Origin: a virus
Taxonomy: Duplodnaviria > Heunggongvirae > Uroviricota > Caudoviricetes
Length of the DNA stretch: 64,000 bases
Reading direction: 5' to 3' (one strand)
IMG/VR virus record: IMGVR_UViG_3300032007_000002
Under the pieces are notes generated by a model. It saw only the letters and a list, made by a program, of their open reading frames with translations, made no database searches and was not told the DNA's origin. Shown one piece after another: positions 1 through 9,757 of this stretch; the first letter of the stretch is position 1; each line of letters opens with the position of its first letter. The position numbers and the translations under genes are program-made.

Positions 1-192
1 CGGTGCAGTCATCGTACCCGTCGCGGCTTGTTACGTGCCAAATCTTAGACTTTTCCATAGTATCTCCTTGGTTGGTGCTCTCCCTATGTGATCGGCAGGA
101 ATGAAAAATATTTCCGGCCCGTGATTCCGGCGTCCCACGGCGCAAAAACGGGGAGGGGAACCACCCCTCCCCCAACCGGGAGATAATAAATT

Positions 193-708
193 TTATTTCC
201 TCTGCGCTTCAATGTAGGCCGCGAAAAGCTCCTTGAAGCGCTCACAGAACGCCTTTTCGTCTTCTTTGTCAACTTGGACGGGTTCAGTGCAGAACTTGTT
301 AAGGCGGGCGTCCATTTTCATGATGACCACCCCGAAAATCTTGCCATTGGTGCGGTCAAGGACGACCATGCAGAACTCCTCGCCACGTTCAAGCACGGGG
401 GCGGCGTTCCTGTCAAGCGTCTCCATCACGTCATGGTAGGTCACGTCCTTATGGAGGCACGTGGTCTCTCCGCTGATGGTGAGGGATGCGGGATGGCGTT
501 CGTTGCCCTGGTAGTAGGTCATTCTCGCCCCGTCAAAGGCCGTCTTGCCGTCATGTTCCCACTTGTAGGCCACCTTCACGCCGCCCACGGAGTGGTAGAA
601 CGGGTCGCGGGGGAGGCCAATGTCGAACATCACCACGGGCATCTTGCGATAGTTGCAGATTTGGGCGAATTTTGATCTGTCTTTGTTTGCAATGTCAAGT
701 TCAACCAT
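193..708 (-). CDS. Hypothetical early cassette protein (171 aa)
   Basis: ORF with start reset to the ATG after the cassette RBS (AAGGAGAT); followed by a hairpin. Confidence 0.8.
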   Translation of the reverse strand: MVELDIANKDRSKFAQICNYRKMPVVMFDIGLPRDPFYHSVGGVKVAYKWEHDGKTAFDGARMTYYQGNERHPASLTISGETTCLHKDVTYHDVMETLDRNAAPVLERGEEFCMVVLDRTNGKIFGVVIMKMDARLNKFCTEPVQVDKEDEKAFCERFKELFAAYIEAQRK

Positions 709-827
709 TTTCAATCTCCTTGTTGGTACTCCCCCTATGTTACGGGGCAAAAGCAAAAATTAAAGTTTCCCGTGATTCCGCCATCGGTAGTGAACAGAAA
801 AGCAAGTGCTCTCTCGAGCACCGCCCT

Positions 828-1307
828 TTACTTGTGGTTACGTCTGTTAAACATGTCCGCCACGTTATCGGCAATTTCGTTCATGAACACGCCAATGTCC
901 GTATCGTAGTGGTAGGGGCGTTTCGGCTCCACCAATTCCCAACGGCGGCAGCGGTAGCCGCGGCGGTGGCCGTTGGTCCATACGTTGCCCGTGAACTGCT
1001 GGCTGTCGGGAGGGAGGCCCTGCTCCTTACGTTCACGGGATGAGCACTCGAGGTCATCATGGATGACCACAGTGATGAGGGTCATGTTGTCATAGCTTAT
1101 GCCATCGGGGGACTTTCCCGCGGGAATATTCACGTGGATGCGGATATACGTCCCTGGGACTGCAAAGAAGTCATTGCTGTGGGTGAAAGAGAAGCCGTCC
1201 TTAATTCCGCGGGCATTGAGCAGGCGGGGGAGTTCAACGAGCACCTTACCGAGCGTTTCGTCATTGAGGACGCGGTGTTCATAACAGATGTTTTGTCCGA
1301 GTTTCAT
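828..1307 (-). CDS. Hypothetical early cassette protein (159 aa)
   Basis: ATG directly after cassette box and AAGGAGAT. Confidence 0.8.
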   Translation of the reverse strand: MKLGQNICYEHRVLNDETLGKVLVELPRLLNARGIKDGFSFTHSNDFFAVPGTYIRIHVNIPAGKSPDGISYDNMTLITVVIHDDLECSSRERKEQGLPPDSQQFTGNVWTNGHRRGYRCRRWELVEPKRPYHYDTDIGVFMNEIADNVADMFNRRNHK

Positions 1308-1445
1308 GTCGTATCTCCTTGGTTGGTATGCCTCCTATGTTACGGGGTACGCGATCCGGTCGGGACGTCCCGTGATTCCGGCGCCCGTGGAAATCCAAAA
1401 AATCGGGAGGGGAGTTACCCCCTCCCCCAACATGGGAGTGAAAAA

Positions 1446-2153
1446 TTACTTATTATTTGCTGTCATCATTGCGGCCTTCTGTTCGGGGCTGAGCATTGCC
1501 CACCATGCGTTCGGGTCCCTCTTTTCGGTCAAAGAAGAATTTTTCTGCAACATGGCGATATATTCGTTGCCCTTTACGAACTTTGCGTCAATTTCGGCTT
1601 GGTGCTTGGTAAGTTCGGCATCCAAAGACAAAATTTTCTTTTCGCAAATTTCCATGCAGTGGACGGCCGCGTCATGGGCATTGTGGAACACGATATATTG
1701 ATTATACCTGCTGCCCTTGTTGATGACTTCGCCATTCTGTGCATAGGCGGAAACGCGGTAGTGTCCCTTTTCGGAAGTGTAGGCATACCAATATACCCCG
1801 CTTTCGTCAATGTTGAGGACACGGACATCATTGTAGTAGTTGCCCACCCCGAAGACATGCGGCTTTCCATCGTTCGCATGGTCGGTAAGCCACTTTTCAA
1901 TGGTCTCCACGCTGACATCAAGGTTAAAGCTCTTGTGGCTGTTTGGCCAAAGGCCAGGGATTTCCCAATGGCGGGAAGCACCTAGATAGAACTCGGCCGA
2001 GGTAACTACATCGGCCCCGTCCTTGTCAAAATGGCACAACGCCATGGGGATGAGGGCGAGCTCCTTCGCGTCATTGCCGTAAGATTGCAGTGCGTCCTTC
2101 TTGGTTTCGTTAAGGCCGAGGGTGAAGTTCTTATAGACGTAAGTGGGTTTCAT
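1446..2153 (-). CDS. Hypothetical early cassette protein (235 aa)
   Basis: Start MKPTY after cassette RBS; the longer ORF call only reads through the repeat. Confidence 0.8.
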   Translation of the reverse strand: MKPTYVYKNFTLGLNETKKDALQSYGNDAKELALIPMALCHFDKDGADVVTSAEFYLGASRHWEIPGLWPNSHKSFNLDVSVETIEKWLTDHANDGKPHVFGVGNYYNDVRVLNIDESGVYWYAYTSEKGHYRVSAYAQNGEVINKGSRYNQYIVFHNAHDAAVHCMEICEKKILSLDAELTKHQAEIDAKFVKGNEYIAMLQKNSSLTEKRDPNAWWAMLSPEQKAAMMTANNK

Positions 2154-2308
2154 ATCGTATCTCCTTGTTGGTATGCCCCCTATGTTACGGGGGCGCTCCC
2201 TAGTCTTGCTTGTCCCGTGATTCCGTGTCATCCCCCCACTTGTTGCGGGGGTTGGTCACTATCAGCGCGGTGCCGAGGACTACGCACCCTAGACCTACCC
2301 AAAGCATG

Positions 2309-2554
2309 TCACGCCCCCCTTTCGGCCATGCGGACGGCCTTCTCAGTGAGCTTCCTGCGCTTGCTCTGTACCTGCCGAGTGCGGAGCTTTCGGCCGTTCT
2401 GCGTTTCGGCAATGCGGAGGGCACGCTGCTTCTTGGTTTCCTTTCCGGTCTTGGGGTCGATGAGGATGGTCTCCATCTTGATTTTCGGGCACTGGAATTT
2501 CGCGCGGGACTTGCCGAAGGAAAGGTGGAGGATTGTAACGTTAATCATAAGCAT
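2309..2554 (-). CDS. Small basic hypothetical protein
   Basis: Follows cassette box at 2577; K/R-rich C-terminus. Confidence 0.65.
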   Translation of the reverse strand: MLMINVTILHLSFGKSRAKFQCPKIKMETILIDPKTGKETKKQRALRIAETQNGRKLRTRQVQSKRRKLTEKAVRMAERGA

Positions 2555-2625
2555 ATCTCCTTGGTTGGTATGCCCCCTATGTTACCATCGGGGGCCATGC
2601 TGATCGGTTCGCCCGTGATTCCGCG

Positions 2626-2838
2626 TCACGGGATTTCGTAGCCGTATTGGGCCTTGACGCCCTTGCCTGCCAATGCTTCAACCGCCTTTTGCCCGTCCGC
2701 CAAGTCCATGAAGGGCGGTTCGTCACTTTGGGGCGCCTGCTCGCCATTCTTGTTGAAGAACACCCATTGGTATTCATCGGGCTTTGCGTTCGGGTTCTTT
2801 GCATATACGCAAACTTGCATTTCGGAATAGCTCTTCAT
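2626..2838 (-). CDS. Hypothetical early cassette protein (70 aa)
   Basis: ATG after cassette RBS. Confidence 0.75.
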   Translation of the reverse strand: MKSYSEMQVCVYAKNPNAKPDEYQWVFFNKNGEQAPQSDEPPFMDLADGQKAVEALAGKGVKAQYGYEIP

Positions 2839-2925
2839 AAAAATCTCCTTGTTGGTGCTCCCCCTATGTTACGGTGCAAAATCAAAAATTAAATTTTCCC
2901 GTGATTCCGGCCCGCCACGGCACGG

Positions 2926-2944
2926 AAAAGGGGCTTGCGCCCCC
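2926..2944 (-). terminator. Recurrent intrinsic terminator GGGGC-GCAA-GCCCC-TTTT closing cassettes (representative copy)
   Basis: GC stem, GNRA loop and U-tract directly after the stop codon. Near-identical copies at 4789-4807, 5317-5335, 10624-10642; variants at about 5806-5823, 8767-8785, 10172-10198, 10932-10953. Confidence 0.85.
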
Positions 2945-2947
2945 TTG

Positions 2948-3892
2948 CTATGCTTCCTCCTTCTTAAAGTTCGCCTTGCCCTGCCCCATGTGGAGCACGA
3001 GCAGGTCATCGTCAAGCGCTCGGGTCGCGGCGAGAAGTTCCGTGGTGTCCACGCCACCGCCCTGCCCGTTGAACTCAATGTTGTCGGGGATGGCGGTGAG
3101 CTTGAAGTCGCCCGTGGTGTCAATGCAGAGCTGCATGTTGAGCTCTTTGAGCTTTCGGGCGAACGGGTAGAAGAGGCTTTTCAGTATGGAAATGTTGGCC
3201 GAGTAGTCTTCCCCGAGCATATTTTCCACGCGGAGGTCCGACTGACACTTTTCAACGGCTTCAATGAGGCCGATGGCGGATTCGCGGGCATATCCCGTTG
3301 CGCAATCGGTGAAGAAGCGTCCGGTGTCCGAAGAGAAGTTCTCGTCAGACCCGCAACGGACGAGGATGTTCTTTGCGGCAACGAGGGTGCGGAGTTCTTC
3401 AACGGAAAGTTCTTTCATTCGGTTCATTTTGCTATCTCCTTTTGTTGGTGCTCCCCCTATGTGATCGGGGGCGGGTGCGGCCTGCTCGGTGGCCGTGATT
3501 CCGTGGCCGTCCTTCGGCTTGTCGCTATACTTGTGGATGAGGGCGATGAGTTCCTCGGGCGTGTCGTGGGACGTGTAAATCGGCTCCCATTCGTCCGTGC
3601 GGTAGAGCTCATAGACCGACAAGCCCGTGGCCACTTCCATTTTCCCGTCATCCACCGCGTGGCGGTAGTGCCACATTGCACAGAGCTTGTGGCCGTTGCG
3701 GGTGAAGTCTATGTAAATGTCTATTTGGTCGCTCGCTAGGCAATGGCGGGCGTCCACTTCCGTAATGTCGGGGAACGCCCCCTTGACGAGGTTCTTGTTT
3801 GCGACAAGCTGCTTGTCCACCGCGTCAATGTAGGGGTGCGCCTTGATGATGGCGTCAACCACTTCCAAATCAATCACGTTCATGTTGACCAT
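2948..3892 (-). CDS. Two cassette genes fused in frame through an internal cassette box (314 aa; internal start near 3427)
   Basis: Open frame crosses the full box at 3457-3502 (encodes GIT...PDHIGGAPTKGD); RBS and ATG at both 3892 and about 3427. Confidence 0.75.
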   Translation of the reverse strand: MVNMNVIDLEVVDAIIKAHPYIDAVDKQLVANKNLVKGAFPDITEVDARHCLASDQIDIYIDFTRNGHKLCAMWHYRHAVDDGKMEVATGLSVYELYRTDEWEPIYTSHDTPEELIALIHKYSDKPKDGHGITATEQAAPAPDHIGGAPTKGDSKMNRMKELSVEELRTLVAAKNILVRCGSDENFSSDTGRFFTDCATGYARESAIGLIEAVEKCQSDLRVENMLGEDYSANISILKSLFYPFARKLKELNMQLCIDTTGDFKLTAIPDNIEFNGQGGGVDTTELLAATRALDDDLLVLHMGQGKANFKKEEA

Positions 3893-3962
3893 GTTGTCTC
3901 CTTTGGTTGGTGCTCTCCCTATGTGATCGGGGGAAGGGAGGGAGCTGCCTCCCCCGTGATTC

Positions 3963-4205
3963 CTACGAGTTGCTCCGTCCGCGGAAGCGGTCTAGGTCGG
4001 TCTCGGCCGCATAGTCGGCCACGTAGTCAATGGCCTCCTTGTCCTCGCCAGTGAGCACGATTTCGGTCGCGTTGGGCTTTTCAAACTTCACCCTGTCAAT
4101 GTCCCCGTTGTGCTCGGGGTGCAAATTCTGAATTTTGAAATTTTCAAGGGCTTTGAGGGCGTCAAAGCAGGCGTCCTCGTCCGCGAAATGCAATGTAACT
4201 TTCAT
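3963..4205 (-). CDS. Hypothetical acidic protein (80 aa)
   Basis: ATG after cassette RBS. Confidence 0.75.
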   Translation of the reverse strand: MKVTLHFADEDACFDALKALENFKIQNLHPEHNGDIDRVKFEKPNATEIVLTGEDKEAIDYVADYAAETDLDRFRGRSNS

Positions 4206-4327
4206 TTTTCAATCTCCTTTCGGTGTCCACCCTATGTTACGGCCGGACCCGCACGCGCACGAGCGGCCCGTGATTCCCTCCCGTCACGGGTGCACAAAAG
4301 GGCACCCCATGGGGGCGCCTTCCGGTA

Positions 4328-4687
4328 TCATAGGTATGGTCTCTGCATGTCGTCTATGCGGCCATACGGGAGGAACGAGACACTTCGTCGGCGGGTCTGG
4401 TCAATCCTTACGGCCACTTCCTGTTCGCCACGGCTCAGGCGTTCCACGTATGCGTCCACCGTCACCCCGTCCTCTATTCGGAGTATGTGGTGCGAGGTCT
4501 TGGACACGGCCACGTAGCCGCCACCCTCTTCGTGGCATACCCACGAGCCGTCCTGGATGGCGTCAAACGTCTTCGGCATGATTACCACGCCCGAGCTGTC
4601 CGCCATTCGGAGTACGTCATCGCACGGGATTTCGGCCGCGAATGCGAGCATCGCGAAGATGGAAATTAAAAATAAGATTTTTTTCAA
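4328..4687 (-). CDS. Putative exported protein with signal peptide (about 119 aa, TTG start)
   Basis: MKKILFLISIFAMLAFA signal-like N-terminus after AAAGGAGA. Confidence 0.65.
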   Translation of the reverse strand: MKKILFLISIFAMLAFAAEIPCDDVLRMADSSGVVIMPKTFDAIQDGSWVCHEEGGGYVAVSKTSHHILRIEDGVTVDAYVERLSRGEQEVAVRIDQTRRRSVSFLPYGRIDDMQRPYL

Positions 4688-4812
4688 TCTGTCTCCTTTG
4701 TTGTTTGTTTCGTTTTCGGTATGCCCTCTATGTGATCGGGGAGGGCGGCGTAGACCCGCTTCCCGTGATTCCGGCGCCGGACGGCAAGAAAAAGGGGCTT
4801 GCGCCCCTTCCC

Positions 4813-5229
4813 CTAGCTGAGGGAGTCCAGCTCGTTTTTCCAGTCCTTCCACACGCGCCAGGCCTCGTCATTGAGGCGCTTGACTTCGTCTTCGGTTGCC
4901 GCGACTTCGGTGGACGTGTCGTCGACGTCGCCCGTCTTCGGGTTGTACGGCATGTTCCAGTCCACGTCAAAGTCGCATTGCATGGCGTTATTGCTATGCT
5001 GGTATGCGATTTTGGAGTTGATACGCCACGTGCCGTCCGCGTTTGGGGTGCCTGCAGGCGCCTTGTCGTACCCGTCCGACCAGCCCAGCACGATGAAGAG
5101 GCCCGTGCCCCCGTCCGTTTCGGCCACCTTCTTGTAGCAGCAGCCGCACTTCTGTTCGTTGAGCCACTTGATGGAGGAAACCAAAAATTCCAAATCAATC
5201 TTTTCAAAATCTTTTTTTGTTGTAGCCAT
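4813..5229 (-). CDS. Hypothetical acidic protein (138 aa)
   Basis: Cassette RBS upstream and terminator downstream. Confidence 0.8.
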   Translation of the reverse strand: MATTKKDFEKIDLEFLVSSIKWLNEQKCGCCYKKVAETDGGTGLFIVLGWSDGYDKAPAGTPNADGTWRINSKIAYQHSNNAMQCDFDVDWNMPYNPKTGDVDDTSTEVAATEDEVKRLNDEAWRVWKDWKNELDSLS

Positions 5230-5339
5230 GAGCTATCTCCTTGTTGGTATGCTCCCTATGTTATCGGCGGGAGCTGCATGATCTGTAAACCCGTGATTCC
5301 GTCTCCCCACGGGCCGAAAAAGGGGCTTGCGCCCCTCGG

Positions 5340-5717
5340 CTAGATTTCAGCCGGATCGAGTTCCACGATACGGAGTATGTAGGACGGGCTCGTGGCGTGG
5401 CGCCTAATGAAGGTCTTGTTCGGGGCGCTCATTTCCACCCATCCCTCGTGTTTGAGCTTTACGAGGTATTTCTTGAAGAGCGGGGCGAAGTTGAAGGCCC
5501 ACCCCATGAGCTTGTAAATCCCGTGGCGGTATGTTTCGCGGTGCCAAAGTTCGCTGAAGTAGGTGTCTTCCCACTTCTGTTCCTCTTCGGTGAGCTTGCG
5601 CTTTTCCGAATAGGCCTGCATGAGCTTGCAGAGGTTATTGTCCTTGTAATCCTCGCGCTTGGTGCTGAGGTCGTGGGAAACGAACTTGAAAACGAGTGAA
5701 AGCGGTTCAAAAGCCAT
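5340..5717 (-). CDS. Hypothetical early cassette protein (125 aa)
   Basis: Cassette RBS upstream and terminator downstream. Confidence 0.8.
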   Translation of the reverse strand: MAFEPLSLVFKFVSHDLSTKREDYKDNNLCKLMQAYSEKRKLTEEEQKWEDTYFSELWHRETYRHGIYKLMGWAFNFAPLFKKYLVKLKHEGWVEMSAPNKTFIRRHATSPSYILRIVELDPAEI

Positions 5718-5821
5718 GTTGTATCTCCTTGTTGGTACGCTCCCTATGTGACGGGCGGGAGCGATCCCGTGCAATGCCCCGTGATTCCTGCACGGGGAGG
5801 GGCGAAAAAGGGGCCACGCCC

Positions 5822-6154
5822 CTAGTCCACCTTCCTGATCGTCTCGTCGAAGCCGAGCGAGAGGGCTTCCCCCTCTTCAAGCACATGCAGAGAATACACG
5901 TGCATGGAGCCGTCAGTGTGCTGCGCGTTGAAGCTCTCCAAAGCAAGGCGATTATAGCCACGCTTGAAGCGTCCCCAGCCCTTATAGTTCGCAAAACGGA
6001 TATACCAGCCTTCATTTTCGTACTTTTCGAGGAAGCTGGCCATGCGCTTGGCCCCATTCAATCGCCCTACCACGGGCATCACTTCGCGGGTGTCGTCAGT
6101 GCCGGGCTTCGAACGCTTGATAATGATTTGACAGACTATTTTCGCTTTTGCCAT
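5822..6154 (-). CDS. Hypothetical early cassette protein (110 aa)
   Basis: Start MAKAK after cassette RBS. Confidence 0.75.
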   Translation of the reverse strand: MAKAKIVCQIIIKRSKPGTDDTREVMPVVGRLNGAKRMASFLEKYENEGWYIRFANYKGWGRFKRGYNRLALESFNAQHTDGSMHVYSLHVLEEGEALSLGFDETIRKVD

Positions 6155-6290
6155 ATCGGCCTCCCTTGTTGGTAGGCTCCCTATGTGACGGGGGGACGCC
6201 CTGCCAGGACGCCCCCCGTGATTCCGACACTCCAACCAGGGGATCGGGTCACGGCCCCGTGTCGGGAAGGCCGCCCCGTCAAAGTTCGTT

Positions 6291-6872
6291 CTACGGGTCC
6301 CCCATCTTGTAGATGAGGCCCATTCTTGCCCGCTGCTTGACGCGGGTCGCAAATTTCGGGTTGTTCTCCAATGTGTTGAGGTTGTACCATGCGCGGACCT
6401 GGGGCACGTTGGCGAAGTCGCCCGGGCCGAACCCCTCGCCGAAGTCCAGGGCCTCCATCCAGGCGCCCACGGAAGTCGCCACGATGACATCGGGACACGA
6501 CCTGGCCATGAACCGGAACACGTAGCCGTTATGGCTGCCCCAGCCGTAGGCGCACACCCAGCGGGCCGAGCGGCCCTTCTTGGCGTATGGCTGCCACATG
6601 GTGAGGAACGAGAAGCCCAGGTCGGGGCAACGCTCCCCGAACTCCACGCCCATCTCTTCGGCCGTGTAGTTGAAATACTTCCCGCTTTTCAGTCTGTATT
6701 CACAGACTGCGGTCCCCGAGACCTCGATTGCGGTGCCGCCCTTGATTTCGTAGGCGAACGGCTCCCCGTGCGAGGAATACGTATAGTCGTATCGGGGGTT
6801 GGTCGGTGTCCTGTACTCCTGCGATGCGGCAATGACCACCGACAGCAATGCCAAAATAAAACTTTTTTTCAT
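6291..6872 (-). CDS. Putative exported protein with signal peptide (193 aa)
   Basis: MKKSFILALLSVVIAA N-terminus; preceded by a degenerate box and a TTTTGCTATATTTC promoter at 6952-6965. Confidence 0.7.
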   Translation of the reverse strand: MKKSFILALLSVVIAASQEYRTPTNPRYDYTYSSHGEPFAYEIKGGTAIEVSGTAVCEYRLKSGKYFNYTAEEMGVEFGERCPDLGFSFLTMWQPYAKKGRSARWVCAYGWGSHNGYVFRFMARSCPDVIVATSVGAWMEALDFGEGFGPGDFANVPQVRAWYNLNTLENNPKFATRVKQRARMGLIYKMGDP

Positions 6873-7068
6873 GATTGAGACCATTGTCCCTGCTCCTGCT
6901 GGTATGTTCTTGCGTTGGGCGGCCTTCTAGCGGCTACCGTGATTCCAGCAGGAAATATAGCAAAATTTCGATTAGCCCGTGATGCGGATCATTTTGTCTT
7001 CCTTGTCGATGTCTCGTTATCGGGACGGGTATCGGGACACATTGTCCCGAGCCTCCCGAGGTGCCGCC

Positions 7069-7239
7069 CTATCGGGACAGCGCCTGCCTCCAATACCACA
7101 CCACGAACCCGCTGCCGTGTGGCGTCACCACCGCGCGGTGGTTCTTCCATGACGGGTGGGCCTTGTTGTAACCGTCCGCGAAGGCGTTCGCCCCCGCTTC
7201 CGTGTCCTTGAAGACGAACGTCTTCACCAGCTTGCTCAT
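7069..7239 (-). CDS. Small hypothetical protein (56 aa)
   Basis: Start overlaps the stop of the upstream gene. Confidence 0.55.
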   Translation of the reverse strand: MSKLVKTFVFKDTEAGANAFADGYNKAHPSWKNHRAVVTPHGSGFVVWYWRQALSR

Positions 7240-7433
7240 GTCAGCATCCCCCACGCCCCGTTGAACACTTTTGTCATGCCGTAGCAGGTCGCCTTCACGA
7301 TGGAGCAGGCGAAGCTGGCCGTGGAGCTTACGGCGTTGGAGAGGTTGCCGGAGCAGTTGTAGTTTCCGCTAAACGCGCCCACCGAGAAGAAGATGGCGAG
7401 AGCGATGATGAGGACTTTAACCCAAGTTTTCAT
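7236..7433 (-). CDS. Small membrane/exported protein (65 aa)
   Basis: Hydrophobic N-terminus after cassette RBS. Confidence 0.7.
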   Translation of the reverse strand: MKTWVKVLIIALAIFFSVGAFSGNYNCSGNLSNAVSSTASFACSIVKATCYGMTKVFNGAWGMLT

Positions 7434-7503
7434 TTCAATCTCCTTGTTGGTACTCCTCCTATGTTACGGGGGAGAGTGAAGGGCCCCGAAAGGCCCGTGA
7501 TTC

Positions 7504-7887
7504 CTATGCGGCGGAGGCCCTCTTCGCGACGTAGGCGTTCCATTCCTCGGCATACTTCTGACGGCTCTCCATGCAGGTGAGAAGCGTGCCCTTGCCGTTA
7601 AACCAGTTCTCGTTTACCATGCCCGCATAGTCCGTGAGTGTCTTCTTGTCTTTCGGCTTGTTCATGACAGCAGCGAGTTCGTTCGTGCCGAAGCAGAGCG
7701 TTTTGCCGTGGGCTTCCGCATTGACGAACGGCCCCCATCCATCATTGATTTCATAGGCTTTTTCTTCCGCTTCCTTTTCCGAAGCCATTTCCACCTCGTA
7801 GTGACGGACGAGGTTGAGGGGCTTCTCTGCATCTTCCCTCATGGTATTTAAAATCTTGTTTGCCTGTTCCTGTTCTGCGATACTCAT
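7504..7887 (-). CDS. Hypothetical early cassette protein (127 aa)
   Basis: ATG after cassette RBS. Confidence 0.8.
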   Translation of the reverse strand: MSIAEQEQANKILNTMREDAEKPLNLVRHYEVEMASEKEAEEKAYEINDGWGPFVNAEAHGKTLCFGTNELAAVMNKPKDKKTLTDYAGMVNENWFNGKGTLLTCMESRQKYAEEWNAYVAKRASAA

Positions 7888-7989
7888 GGTTTAATCTCCC
7901 TTGTTGGTACGCTCCCTATGTTACAGGGAGGAAGGGCCGCCCTTTAAAGCCCGTGATTCCGGTGCAGGGAAGGACAAAAAGGGATGGCC

Positions 7990-8679
7990 CTATGGGCCGA
8001 TCACCTTTGCCTTTGCTACATAGTCTATGTTCGTTGCGGGCGGCATGAACGACTTTACAATTTCCCGCTTGCCAGGGCCTTCGTTCAGCAATTTTAAATA
8101 ATTTTCCGCCTCGGGTTTTGACGCGAACGGGGGCGAAACAATATAATCTTTCCCGCTATATTCTTCTTCTCCCGTTTCGTTGGTAACTACTTCGGCCTGC
8201 ACGAAAAACATGTCTTTGATGGGGCGGCACTTATGTTCGTGGATTTCCCCGAAGGTCATGCGGATAAGGTCGCGGCTGTTGTGGGTTACGGGGTTCTCGT
8301 GTTCGTCAAAGTGGAGACCGCTGATATTATCCCCCGCATAGATACTGAGACTCCAGCCGTCCTTCTTGTAGTATTCGAGGAACACGCGGGCCTCTTCAAA
8401 TCGGGACGCGAGCGAGGCGAGGGAGGCGAGCGGTTCGGGAATGGGCGGGCGCTGGTTGAGCCACCCGAGTTTTCTGTTTTCCACCATGCGGTCGGCTTCC
8501 CGCTTGAAGCTGTCGAGCACGTTGAAATACTTGTCGCCACCGTAGCGGGCATGCAGGTAGTCAACGAACTTCTTGACGTCTTCCTTGAAGGCGGTGTTTC
8601 GGGCGGGGTTGAAATGCTGGGTAAAGTCTTCTTTCGGGTTGTTCGGGTCGGTCGGGCCGAGGTTCAAGGTCGCTATCAT
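7990..8679 (-). CDS. Hypothetical early cassette protein (229 aa)
   Basis: ATG after cassette RBS. Confidence 0.8.
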   Translation of the reverse strand: MIATLNLGPTDPNNPKEDFTQHFNPARNTAFKEDVKKFVDYLHARYGGDKYFNVLDSFKREADRMVENRKLGWLNQRPPIPEPLASLASLASRFEEARVFLEYYKKDGWSLSIYAGDNISGLHFDEHENPVTHNSRDLIRMTFGEIHEHKCRPIKDMFFVQAEVVTNETGEEEYSGKDYIVSPPFASKPEAENYLKLLNEGPGKREIVKSFMPPATNIDYVAKAKVIGP

Positions 8680-8784
8680 GTTCAATCTCCTTGTTGGTAT
8701 GCTCCCTATGTGATCGGGGAGGGAGGACCCCGAGGAACCCCCGTGATTCCGTCACGGGAGGGGAGGAAAAAGGGGTCTCCGCCC

Positions 8785-9009
8785 CTAGCACCTGATACAT
8801 TCGTCAAAGTGCAGGCGGAGGCCGTTCACGACCACGTAGGGGCGGCCCGCTTTGGTGGAGCGGACGCGGACGCGGTGGACGCTCTTTTTGGAGCACCACG
8901 CACCCGACACGCACACACAGATTTCGTCATTCAGTTCCTTGACTTCGCAACCGCCCAATGCGGACCAATAGCCAACGGACTTTTTAGCAAGGATTTCGGC
9001 ACGAGACAT
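8785..9009 (-). CDS. Small hypothetical phage protein (74 aa)
   Basis: ORF followed by terminator; about 110 nt from box at 9122. Confidence 0.65.
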   Translation of the reverse strand: MSRAEILAKKSVGYWSALGGCEVKELNDEICVCVSGAWCSKKSVHRVRVRSTKAGRPYVVVNGLRLHFDECIRC

Positions 9010-9239
9010 AAGCACCCCGATTTTAAAAATTTTTGCACGTCCGGCCGAGGGGGTAGTCTCCCGATTAAGTTCGGGACTGACATTTAGCCCCTCGGCCTTC
9101 CGTGTCGTTTCGACAAGCTCCCTATGTGATCGGCAGGAAAATAAAATTTATTTTCCCCGTGATTCCGCCAGCCCAGAGGAAAAGAAAAAACACGGGGCTT
9201 TCGCCCCGTGGGGATTGCGTTGTTCTCCTTTTTGGCGGT

Positions 9240-9683
9240 TTAGGCCGCTTTTGCGGCCTCGTTGCGTACCTGTCTCATTACGTAGCTCTTAATCTTGGAG
9301 ACGGCCTTAAAGAGGGCGTTCGCTTCGATTTCACGGGAGTGCGAGCGGTTGCGCTTACGCTGAGAGGGCGGGCAGCAACGCTCAAGGATCTCCTCATCGT
9401 AGATGATGAAGTTGCCGCCCATGCTCGCCTCGCTGCAGAGGGACTTGACTTTCGGGAGGGCGTCCTTCCCCCAAATCTTGTTAAGGGTGTAGTTGTTGCC
9501 GTCCACATGGTTGAGGAGGTGTCCCAAATTTAGGGCGGTAATTTCGCTGTCGCCGTTCACGTCGGAGTAGTCGCCCGAAATGATCGGGTCAAGCATGTCG
9601 ATGGCGTAGGCGATAACGCCACGGCCGAACTGGCTCTTTGCGGTTTCGTTCTTGATTTCGTTGTAAAGGTCTTTAATGTTCAT
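9240..9683 (-). CDS. Hypothetical early cassette protein (147 aa)
   Basis: ATG after cassette RBS; terminator at about 9180-9212. Confidence 0.8.
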   Translation of the reverse strand: MNIKDLYNEIKNETAKSQFGRGVIAYAIDMLDPIISGDYSDVNGDSEITALNLGHLLNHVDGNNYTLNKIWGKDALPKVKSLCSEASMGGNFIIYDEEILERCCPPSQRKRNRSHSREIEANALFKAVSKIKSYVMRQVRNEAAKAA

Positions 9684-9757
9684 GGTTAATCTCCCTTGTT
9701 GGTAATCACTCTATGTTACGGGCATTGAACCCCCTTCGGGGTTCCCCCGTGATTCCG

